From a virus: a stretch of 64,000 bases of DNA. Numbering within the stretch: the stretch's first letter is position 1; each line of letters opens with the position of its first letter. The DNA is taken from positions 32,001 to 96,000 of the IMG/VR virus record IMGVR_UViG_3300042884_001120; one strand, written 5' to 3'. The translations under genes were made by a program, and so were the position numbers. Below the pieces are notes generated by a model, which made no database searches, was not told the origin of the DNA, and was given only the letters and a program-made list of their open reading frames with translations. This document shows, one piece after another, positions 28,238 through 35,997 of the stretch.

Positions 28238-29281
28238 TTACATATTTACACTATTTTCAATAACTAAATCCCTTTCAACCATTCTTTTTATAAGTTCTTT
28301 GAAGGAAATTTTTGGAACCCATGCTAGTTCAATTCTTGCCGTTGATGAATCGCCCCAAAGTAAATCAACTTCCGCTGGACGATAAAACTCTGAATTAATT
28401 TTAATTAAAATAGACCCATCCTTATCAATAAATTGTTCATCTATGCCATCACCTTTCCAGTTTCCTTGGATTTTAGCGTTTTCAAAAGCTAATTCAATAA
28501 ACTCTCTTACTGTATGTGTTTCTCCAGAAGAAAGTAGATGTTCCTTGGGCTGTTCTTGGTTTAACATTTTCCAAATACCATCTACAAAATCAAGCGCATG
28601 ACTCCAGTCACGCTTTGCGTCAATATTGCCTAGTTCTAACGGAGCAAATGGAATATTGTTATTAATAGCATTTTTAATTCTGGCGACTCCCTTTGTGATT
28701 TTTCTGGTAACAAATTCTACACCACGACGTTCTGATTCGTGATTATATAATAACCCCTGAATTGCATATAAATTATAACTCTCACGATATACTTTTACAA
28801 TATGCCTAGCGGCAGCTTTAGCTGCGCCATATGGACTTCTAGGTTTTAACGGATGGTTTTCATCTTGTGGCGAGTAATCAACATTACCAAGTTCTTCGCT
28901 AGAGCCTGCATTATAAAACCTGCAATTTGGTGCGTGTTTGCGAATTGCCTCTAAACACCTAATAATCCCGACAGCGCCAACATCGAATGTTTGTTCTGGA
29001 ATTTGCCAACTGCTACCAACAAAGCTTTGTGCTGCTAGATTAATAAAATAATCTGGATTAATTTCTTTAACAATGGAATCTATTGATTGACTGTCAGATA
29101 AATCTCCCGTAATAATAGTTAATCTTGGGTTATTAAGTAAGTGTGATATGTTAACAGTATTTAAATTGCTACTTCTTCTAACCATTCCAAAAATATGGTG
29201 ATCAGTATTTTCAAGTAGATAATCAACCATATAACTACCATCTTGACCAGTTATTCCTGTTACTATAATTTTTTTAACCAT
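28238..29281 (-). CDS. gmd: GDP-mannose 4,6-dehydratase
   Basis: TGITGQDGSY, NLAAQSFV..S, PRSPYGAAK, NHESERRG.EFVTRKIT, RDW, YRPAEVDLL.GD. Confidence 0.95.
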   Translation of the reverse strand: MVKKIIVTGITGQDGSYMVDYLLENTDHHIFGMVRRSSNLNTVNISHLLNNPRLTIITGDLSDSQSIDSIVKEINPDYFINLAAQSFVGSSWQIPEQTFDVGAVGIIRCLEAIRKHAPNCRFYNAGSSEELGNVDYSPQDENHPLKPRSPYGAAKAAARHIVKVYRESYNLYAIQGLLYNHESERRGVEFVTRKITKGVARIKNAINNNIPFAPLELGNIDAKRDWSHALDFVDGIWKMLNQEQPKEHLLSSGETHTVREFIELAFENAKIQGNWKGDGIDEQFIDKDGSILIKINSEFYRPAEVDLLWGDSSTARIELAWVPKISFKELIKRMVERDLVIENSVNM

Positions 29282-29320
29282 ATTTATTATAGATTATTAC
29301 CTATTGTAATTCAAATAAAT

Positions 29321-29695
29321 TTATTTATCAATATTTTCGTTAAAATGCTTTTCAATTTTTTTTATAATATTGTTATATATTTCTTGGTAATCTTCTGTTG
29401 TTGATGCTTCTTCTCCCTTATTCTGTAAAATGGAATAAAATATATTAACTGGAGAATTTAGTACGTTATTAATTACGTTTAAATCTTGTTTAATTATATT
29501 TTCTATAGCAAACTTCTTCCATTCTTTAAAGAAAATACTCTGTATTTTTACCTTGCTATCAAAGTCGTTTTGGCTATTAATTTGTTCACAAATTTGTTTA
29601 AAAACAAACAATAACATCGACCATTGCAGGTTATCTAGAAGTTTTTTTTCTATTAATTCGGAAATATCCTCAATTTCACTATTGTTTTCTTCCAT
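29321..29695 (-). CDS. hypothetical protein
   Basis: 124-aa helical ORF within the operon. Confidence 0.6.
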   Translation of the reverse strand: MEENNSEIEDISELIEKKLLDNLQWSMLLFVFKQICEQINSQNDFDSKVKIQSIFFKEWKKFAIENIIKQDLNVINNVLNSPVNIFYSILQNKGEEASTTEDYQEIYNNIIKKIEKHFNENIDK

Positions 29696-29702
29696 TGTAC
29701 TG

Positions 29703-31364
29703 TTATGCTTCGCAAGATTTGCACGTCATTATAGAGCGAGCTAATTCTTTTGCGGGATTGCTAGAGCGCTGATAATAAAGGCTTTTAATTCCGTTTTCCC
29801 ATGCAAAGATAATAAGCTCATTAACTGCTTTTGGTGGAGTTCCGGCAGGAATCATTAAATTTAAACTCTGCCCTTGGTCGATGAACTTCTGGCGAGAAGA
29901 GGCCTGAATGACAATCTCTCTTTGAGATGTTTCGGCAAATGTTTTGAATACATCCTTTTCTTCTTGAGTAAGGAAATCGAGATGCTGAACAGATCCTCCA
30001 TGAATTAGGATGGACTTCCAAGTTTCCTCATCATTCTTATCCTTGGACTTGAGAAGATTCTTAAGATAAGGATTCTTGTAGGTGAATTTGCCTTTTGCCA
30101 GATCCTTAACAAAGTAGTTAGATTCAAGAGGCTCAATACTTGGAGATACTTGACCAAGAATAAAGGAGCTTGAAGTAGTTGGGGCAACCGCAAGAGTTGT
30201 TGTGTTTCTACGACCGTATCCCTTGAGAAGTTCTGGTTCACCAAATATTCCAGCAAGCTCGGAACTGGCTTTGTCCGCTCTCTCGCGAATTGTTTTCCAG
30301 ATAGTTGAATTAAGAAGCTTTGCTTCCATTGATTCAAATCCGACCATCTTAGATTGAAGGAGGGAATGCCAACCAAGAACGCCAAGACCTAGTGCGCGAT
30401 GATTAATTGCAAAGTTACGAGGTGCATCCATGAACTTGATTCCTTCTGTTTTATTGATGAATTCTGACATAACAGCATCCAAGAAATAGATCATGGTTTC
30501 AATTGCATCAGTATCCTTCCACTCTTCCCAACGCTCAAGATTCATTGAGGAAAGGTCACAAACAAACGACTCTTCTTCGGAATCTGGTAACATAATTTCA
30601 CTACAAAGATTTGAGTGACTAATATTTAGTTTTTTATCCTTGTAAACTTGTGGTGCCTGATTATTTACATTGTCAGTAAAAAAGATATAAGGATATCCAG
30701 ATTCAAAACGTTTTTTTAGAACTAATCCCCAAATTCTACGCTTTTCCTTGTCTCCATCTACCATAGACTTCATCCATTCGTCAGAAACCGTTACACCAAT
30801 AGAAAGATCTTGAATACTATTTCCTTCAGAACGAATCTTTAGAAATTCTTCAATATCAATATGGTCAACTGGAAGATAGGCCGCAAAGGATCCACGACGG
30901 ACATTGCCCTGAGAAACTACATTCATCAGTTTGTCAAACATTTCCATAAAATGAACAGAACCAGTAGATTCTCCGCCAGATGAAATTGGTAGGCCTCTTC
31001 CACGAAGAGCGCCAAAATAAGCGGAAGTTCCGCCACCATTTTTTGTCATCATTCCTACTTCGGCAATCTTTTCTAAAATACCCTCCATTGTATCAGGAAC
31101 GTAAGAACCAAAACACGATATAGGGAGTCCGCGCTTGCGACCAAAGTTTGACCAAATAGGTGACGCAAGTGAATAAAATCCACGGTGCATGTAATTTTCA
31201 AATTTTTTAGCAAATCCTTTTTGACCGAGAATTTTTTCTGCTGATTTGGAAATATCAGAGATTCTCTGCTCTGGAGTCTCGCCTTCTAAAAGGTATCCTC
31301 TTTGTAGGAATTTTCTAGAATCTTTATTTAGCCAGTAAATATCGCCGTTAATTTCAATGCTCAT
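29703..31364 (-). CDS. nrdA: ribonucleotide reductase class I alpha subunit (no ATP cone)
   Basis: PISCF, GGGTS, SNLCSEI, APTTSSS, SLYY, C-terminal CKSCEA. Confidence 0.95.
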   Translation of the reverse strand: MSIEINGDIYWLNKDSRKFLQRGYLLEGETPEQRISDISKSAEKILGQKGFAKKFENYMHRGFYSLASPIWSNFGRKRGLPISCFGSYVPDTMEGILEKIAEVGMMTKNGGGTSAYFGALRGRGLPISSGGESTGSVHFMEMFDKLMNVVSQGNVRRGSFAAYLPVDHIDIEEFLKIRSEGNSIQDLSIGVTVSDEWMKSMVDGDKEKRRIWGLVLKKRFESGYPYIFFTDNVNNQAPQVYKDKKLNISHSNLCSEIMLPDSEEESFVCDLSSMNLERWEEWKDTDAIETMIYFLDAVMSEFINKTEGIKFMDAPRNFAINHRALGLGVLGWHSLLQSKMVGFESMEAKLLNSTIWKTIRERADKASSELAGIFGEPELLKGYGRRNTTTLAVAPTTSSSFILGQVSPSIEPLESNYFVKDLAKGKFTYKNPYLKNLLKSKDKNDEETWKSILIHGGSVQHLDFLTQEEKDVFKTFAETSQREIVIQASSRQKFIDQGQSLNLMIPAGTPPKAVNELIIFAWENGIKSLYYQRSSNPAKELARSIMTCKSCEA

Positions 31365-31390
31365 TTGTATATGATATACTTTTTTATCAA

Positions 31391-32362
31391 TTAAAACAAG
31401 TCATCTTCGTCAAAAGATTGATTTTTCTTTGAATACTCTACTGGTCTACTGTGAAAAAAATCAGTCATATTATTCCCCAAAAGCTCCTCTTCAAACCATT
31501 TGGTTTTTTTTATCAATTCCATGTCAACATCAAAGGCTTTTTTAAAACCAATTTGTAACAGAGATTCATTAATTCTATTTTTAATAAATTCCTTTAAAAT
31601 ATCTGCATTAAGCCCCTCTTCTTTAATTCCGTTTACCATCCAGTCCACAATTTTAGACTCTGACTCAAACGCCTGTAATGCTTCCTTGTTAATTTTTTCC
31701 TCTAATTCAGAGTCGAATAACTCTGGATATTCCTGACGAATAGTATTAATTAATTTAATACCAACTAGTGCATGAATATTTTCTTCATTGCGAGTATACT
31801 TTACTTGCTGATCGGTATCTTTTAGCACATTTTTGAAGCGCGCAAACCAGTTAATTACGTAAAACTGGGAAAATAGGGAGACATTTTCCACAAAAAGAGT
31901 AAAAAGAATTAAAGCATATAAATACTGTTTCTTACTATCCTTATAGAATCTATGGGTATATTTTCTTAGGTATTTTACACGGCCTTGTATCCACTCTAAT
32001 TTAAGGTTCTGTTCAAAGATCTCTTCCAGTCCCAATACGGAAATCAGCCTTTCGTATGCGTTATTATGAATAACCTCTACATTGGCCATTACATAACCAA
32101 GATCTTGAAGCGATGGGTGTGGGAGATTTTCCCCTAATTTTGCCCAAAAGGTCTTTACAGCTACTTCTATCTGCCCAATAGCCGATAGGGTGCGAATAAT
32201 AATTTCCCTCTCTTGGTCAGAGAGATTTACCTTAAATTGCTGTATATCTGATTTAAAGGAGAATTCTTTATCTGTCCAAAACCCGTTGTGCATTGACTCG
32301 ATAAAACTATCTACCCAAGGGTATAAGTTTGGTTTTCTGGAAATCTGTTCTTCAAATATCAT
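31391..32362 (-). CDS. nrdB: ribonucleotide reductase class I beta subunit
   Basis: FWT..EF, QIEV, EVIHNNAY, ENVSLFSQF, EENIH, DFFH.RP.EY. Confidence 0.95.
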   Translation of the reverse strand: MIFEEQISRKPNLYPWVDSFIESMHNGFWTDKEFSFKSDIQQFKVNLSDQEREIIIRTLSAIGQIEVAVKTFWAKLGENLPHPSLQDLGYVMANVEVIHNNAYERLISVLGLEEIFEQNLKLEWIQGRVKYLRKYTHRFYKDSKKQYLYALILFTLFVENVSLFSQFYVINWFARFKNVLKDTDQQVKYTRNEENIHALVGIKLINTIRQEYPELFDSELEEKINKEALQAFESESKIVDWMVNGIKEEGLNADILKEFIKNRINESLLQIGFKKAFDVDMELIKKTKWFEEELLGNNMTDFFHSRPVEYSKKNQSFDEDDLF

Positions 32363-32467
32363 ATTATACTATAGTGTTGTAGTAATATTACAATATATTG
32401 GCTAGTATTGAAAATAAAAAATGAAAAACTTAAAATTTTGGGGTAAGATTTAAAAAATTTGATTGTA

Positions 32468-32785
32468 CTATTGCATCTTTCTGCGCTTTTTCCAATCTTT
32501 AGAGAATTCTTTCTTTACTGGGTCGTTTTTTTTACCACCCCTTCTTTCGCTCATTTCTTTAGACAAATCCATAATATCTCCCAATGTGCCACCTTTATCT
32601 GTTTTTTTAACAAAAGCTTTTGAGTCATGTGGATCTATTTTAGTGTCAAAGGCAAATAATGTTGGAAAATAAACACGATTCCATTCCGTGCCATTCTCAT
32701 CTATATAAAACTTTTTATCATTCATTCCAAATGATAATTCTATAGTTTGTCCAGTTTTGGGATGTTCAAAAACGTAATTTGCCAC
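32468..32785 (-). CDS. FmdB-like small protein lacking the Cys ligands
   Basis: Y.F.HP.TG..IE...M.D....D..G.EW.RV pattern; GTG start. Confidence 0.55.
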   Translation of the reverse strand: MANYVFEHPKTGQTIELSFGMNDKKFYIDENGTEWNRVYFPTLFAFDTKIDPHDSKAFVKKTDKGGTLGDIMDLSKEMSERRGGKKNDPVKKEFSKDWKKRRKMQ

Positions 32786-32789
32786 AATT

Positions 32790-32963
32790 TTACTTTTCTT
32801 TTCTAATTATATACGCACGTTTGGAAGATCTTACCAGTTGACCATTTGGCATTCTAAAATAAGATGTCCCATCTTTAAACACTATCTGTTGTAAAGATTC
32901 TGATGCAGATTTTATTAATTCTATATCTTTATTATTTGAATTGTCAGTATTTTCAGTTGTCAT
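32790..32963 (-). CDS. hypothetical 57-aa protein (not in the ORF track)
   Basis: MTTENTDNSNNKDIELIKSASESLQQIVFKDGTSYFRMPNGQLVRSSKRAYIIRKEK; ATGA overlap with the upstream stop; fills the gap. Confidence 0.6.
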   Translation of the reverse strand: MTTENTDNSNNKDIELIKSASESLQQIVFKDGTSYFRMPNGQLVRSSKRAYIIRKEK

Positions 32964-34048
32964 AGCGATTTCATTATTTCTAGTATTGAATCTACCATTT
33001 TTTTATAGGTAAATTTATTTTGAAGTTCTAGACCATCGGTATTTACAGGGTTATTTCTAAACCTTTTCTCAACTTCTTCTAGTCCATTGATAAAGTCGTC
33101 TTCATTCCAGTCGAAGATATTCCCTTGATTAATATCCATGCCCTCTTTAAAGAACATGTTGTCATATACTGGGATTTTTCCAGATGGATTTATTAGAACT
33201 GTATTTTTATCTGTCATCCAGTCTTTATAGGCATGAGCATTTAAACCTACGCAGTGCTTGCCTAGGGCCACGCTCTGAAACTCTGGCAGTCCCCACCCTT
33301 CGCCGCCACTCATAGCAATTGCTATGTCATTATTATTAATAAATTTATTATAAGTTTCATTTGGGCCAATATATGGAATAAAATTTATATTCCAATATTT
33401 TTGTCCATTCAGTGCTTGCGTGATCAGCTGAGATTGCATGTTGGGGTCTAAAAACCTATTAAATATGTTGCAATTTAACATATACCCCTGTTTGTTGCCA
33501 TACTTTTTCACCCAAGAGGTTAGGATTTTCAAGTGACGTTTTCTGCTTGGCTCTAATTTTCCAAACATTCCAAATTGAATTATATCATTATTTTGTTCTT
33601 TTTCTGTTAAATTAAAATGGGTATCGTCAAAAGCTAATGGAATAAATTTAACATTTTCACACCCAGCCCAAAAAAATATATCTACAGAGTAATTACTGGA
33701 TAGTAAAACATTGGAATTATTTTTTACAATGTTTATTTCTGTCTCGGTTGGGGAATCTAGTTCGTAAAAACTAAGAAGAACTTGTTTGTCTGAAAAACTT
33801 TCTAAGCTACCAGATATGTGCCATAGTTTGAATACTGGAACATTTCTATTATGCTTTTTATTAGAAGAAAGAACACTTTTTTGTATCCACTCGAAAAAGT
33901 TAGAATCGTGTTTTTGAGTAGATAAGTCTATCTCTCCAATTGGAAATAGGCAGACTTCCATCCCACGAGAATATATTTCTCGCAGGATGGAAAGACTTAC
34001 TTGCCCTAGAGATGTCGAATTAAGAGGTAGGTGTAGGGCTATCTTCAC
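32960..34048 (-). CDS. GT4-like (GT-B) glycosyltransferase
   Basis: SGGEGWGLPEFQSVALGK, GKLE.RKRH. GTG 34048 start (VKIALHLPLNSTSLGQVS) avoids overlap with the upstream gene. Confidence 0.85.
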   Translation of the reverse strand: MKIALHLPLNSTSLGQVSLSILREIYSRGMEVCLFPIGEIDLSTQKHDSNFFEWIQKSVLSSNKKHNRNVPVFKLWHISGSLESFSDKQVLLSFYELDSPTETEINIVKNNSNVLLSSNYSVDIFFWAGCENVKFIPLAFDDTHFNLTEKEQNNDIIQFGMFGKLEPSRKRHLKILTSWVKKYGNKQGYMLNCNIFNRFLDPNMQSQLITQALNGQKYWNINFIPYIGPNETYNKFINNNDIAIAMSGGEGWGLPEFQSVALGKHCVGLNAHAYKDWMTDKNTVLINPSGKIPVYDNMFFKEGMDINQGNIFDWNEDDFINGLEEVEKRFRNNPVNTDGLELQNKFTYKKMVDSILEIMKSL

Positions 34049-34052
34049 AAGA

Positions 34053-34325
34053 TTAGAAAGGAATCTCGTCTGACTTCTCTGGCTTAGCCTGCTTAACAGG
34101 TGCGGAGTTGCTTGTGCCGACTGGGTTATCAAAATAAACCCTATAATCAGGCTGGTTAGAACCCTCTGGCTTATTAGAGTTGCTAAAAATAAGCAACTTG
34201 ATTTCCTGACCGTCCTTGGTCTTTACGCTACCGTTTAGGTAGGTGGTACCACTCTTACTAACGCGCTTCCATAGTGCTCCAGCTTCTTCTAGCTTCGGCT
34301 TGTTTGATGTGTTTGTATTTTCCAT
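34053..34325 (-). CDS. SSB-like / DUF736-like ssDNA-binding protein
   Basis: GALWKR.SK.G..YL.G...N..K...NQPDYRV, acidic tail SDEIPF. Confidence 0.7.
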   Translation of the reverse strand: MENTNTSNKPKLEEAGALWKRVSKSGTTYLNGSVKTKDGQEIKLLIFSNSNKPEGSNQPDYRVYFDNPVGTSNSAPVKQAKPEKSDEIPF

Positions 34326-34335
34326 AACAATTCAA

Positions 34336-34364
34336 ATTATAATATTAATGTTTCACGATGTCAA
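34336..34364 (-). promoter_or_regulatory. sigma70-type promoter TTGACA-N17-TATAAT
   Basis: -35 at 34364-34359, -10 at 34341-34336, 10 nt before ATG 34325. Confidence 0.75.
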
Positions 34365-34937
34365 TTTTTTTTTCGCTAGATCTATGAATTTGTTGTGCCA
34401 ATTCAGGGCTGTTTGAGGCGTAACGTTAAGAATCTTAGCAACTTCTGCATAATTCAAAATTTTATTTTTATTTGATAAATACCTGTAATAGATAGCATCT
34501 TTAATATTTTTATCTTCAATCTTGTCTAAAAGATCTATAATAGTATTGATAGCTTCTACTTTATTTGAATCTCTTGTTTCGCAGTTGTTCTTATTTAAGA
34601 GAAATTCAATTAAATCTTCTTCGGAGTTTACATATTTTGATATTTTATTTTTTAAGTTCAGACAGAAATATTTAACATTATTTGCCAACCATGTAGAAAA
34701 TTTAGATCCCATATCTGGCTTAAACGATAGAGCTGAAGAGTATATTATCCAATCTTTATTATCACTAAGCTCATTAAACTGGGCAGTAGACGCATTTAAG
34801 ATTTTTTTTCCAATTGAGAAGCATATGCCACTATGCCTAGATATAAGCTCAATTAGACTATCGTTACATGATTTTAACTTTATCTGTTTAACTAGATAAT
34901 TATCATCCACTATTTTTTTAGATTTTGTAGTTTTCAT
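34353..34937 (-). CDS. phage RNA polymerase sigma factor (sigma70 family)
   Basis: Region 2: LI.RHSG...FKPDMGSKFSTWL. Region 4 HTH: YAEVAKILNVTPQTALNWH. Confidence 0.85.
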   Translation of the reverse strand: MKTTKSKKIVDDNYLVKQIKLKSCNDSLIELISRHSGICFSIGKKILNASTAQFNELSDNKDWIIYSSALSFKPDMGSKFSTWLANNVKYFCLNLKNKISKYVNSEEDLIEFLLNKNNCETRDSNKVEAINTIIDLLDKIEDKNIKDAIYYRYLSNKNKILNYAEVAKILNVTPQTALNWHNKFIDLAKKKLTS

Positions 34938-34950
34938 TTAAACTAGATTA

Positions 34951-34979
34951 GTTATAAACCTTTTTATACTTAAAGTCAA
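34951..34979 (-). promoter_or_regulatory. sigma70-type promoter TTGACT-N17-TATAAC for the sigma factor gene
   Basis: -35 at 34979-34974, -10 at 34956-34951. Confidence 0.65.
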
Positions 34980-35019
34980 TTTAATTAGATTTTTTAAATA
35001 TTAAAAATAATAATAATTA

Positions 35020-35096
35020 TATTACGAACGGAGTGAGTAATAAACATTTACGAACAACGTGAGTAAATATTGTATGTGAGCTTGCGAACATGCAAT
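35020..35096 (+). repeat. three adjacent hairpins with tandem G.A mismatches at the transcription divergence point
   Basis: TATTAC-GA-AC-GGA-GT-GA-GTAATA; ATTTAC-GA-AC-AAC-GT-GA-GTAAAT; ATTGTATGT-GA-GC-TT-GC-GA-ACATGCAAT. Confidence 0.8.
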
Positions 35097-35134
35097 CAAC
35101 GAATATATACCTATATATATATTTTTTTATACCT

Positions 35135-35533
35135 ATGTCAATATTAATTTTAATCTTACTCTGTATTTTATTTTCTTCTATATCGCATTTATGGTTTAAT
35201 ACTGACTTTTTTCCTTTCTACGTTAAGCTATTTAAACCGCTCTGTCCAAAGAAGATTTATTCTTGGTTACTGATACAAGAATATTTTAACCGGCCAGTTA
35301 ATGAGATGAACTACTCTTCTTATATAGAGTATTTATCTGAAAAGAAACAGTTTTCAAAAAATTTCACAATAGTCTTTCTATTGAAGATTTTTTCATGCCA
35401 GTTGTGTTTAGGCATGTGGCTTTCTATTTTTTCAGTACTGTTATCTGGATCTAGTTTACTTTTTATTGGTTTTGCCTTTGTTTTAATTAGGGCCATAGAT
35501 AGTGTGTTAAATTATTTTTTAAAAATTCACTAA
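35135..35533 (+). CDS. membrane protein with CxxC (DUF1360-like)
   Basis: Hydrophobic helices and LLKIFSCQLCLGMWLS; ATG 35135 preferred. Confidence 0.6.
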   Translation: MSILILILLCILFSSISHLWFNTDFFPFYVKLFKPLCPKKIYSWLLIQEYFNRPVNEMNYSSYIEYLSEKKQFSKNFTIVFLLKIFSCQLCLGMWLSIFSVLLSGSSLLFIGFAFVLIRAIDSVLNYFLKIH

Positions 35534-35552
35534 TTCCTATTATCATCTTTTA

Positions 35553-35996
35553 ATGAAAAGAATAGAGTTTTATAAACCACAGAAATCTGGAAATGGCACT
35601 TGTGCAACTTTTGAGAACGTAACTGCAATAGATGACCAGAAGAAAAATGGGTTTTATGTAAACCTATTAAAGCAGCACTCATGGAACGACTCTTCAAAGA
35701 CAGGGTCATTCAAGGAGAATGTAAATATCGCAGAAAAACATAAGAAAATAAAACTAAATGATTTAGAGCTTTGTAATATTCTATATGTTTTAGAGTCAAA
35801 TTCTGAAAAAAAATTCTCAACAGTACATAAAAATGTGGATAAGACCACCCCAATATTCTTCGAGCCATATATCAAAGATGGGGCTTTTATTGGTCACGTA
35901 TTAAAAATAGATGGAGTAGGAATAGCTTTTAATCTTGTAGAGTCAATCAAATTAAGAGAGTATATTAAAGCATCACTGCAAAATCTATATTCCTGA
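35553..35996 (+). CDS. putative ssDNA-binding protein (Whirly/PC4-like fold)
   Basis: FYK..., FYVNLLKQ.SW, IKLN..E...I, FSTVH, FEPY, N..E...L; resemblance judged by eye. Confidence 0.5.
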   Translation: MKRIEFYKPQKSGNGTCATFENVTAIDDQKKNGFYVNLLKQHSWNDSSKTGSFKENVNIAEKHKKIKLNDLELCNILYVLESNSEKKFSTVHKNVDKTTPIFFEPYIKDGAFIGHVLKIDGVGIAFNLVESIKLREYIKASLQNLYS

Positions 35997-35997
35997 T

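Noticed and set aside
32363-32467. Possible ncRNA or tRNA in intergenic gaps (also 5715-5810, 34938-35019)
   Set aside because: Short AT-rich spacers with promoter-like boxes; no cloverleaf or recognisable RNA motif.
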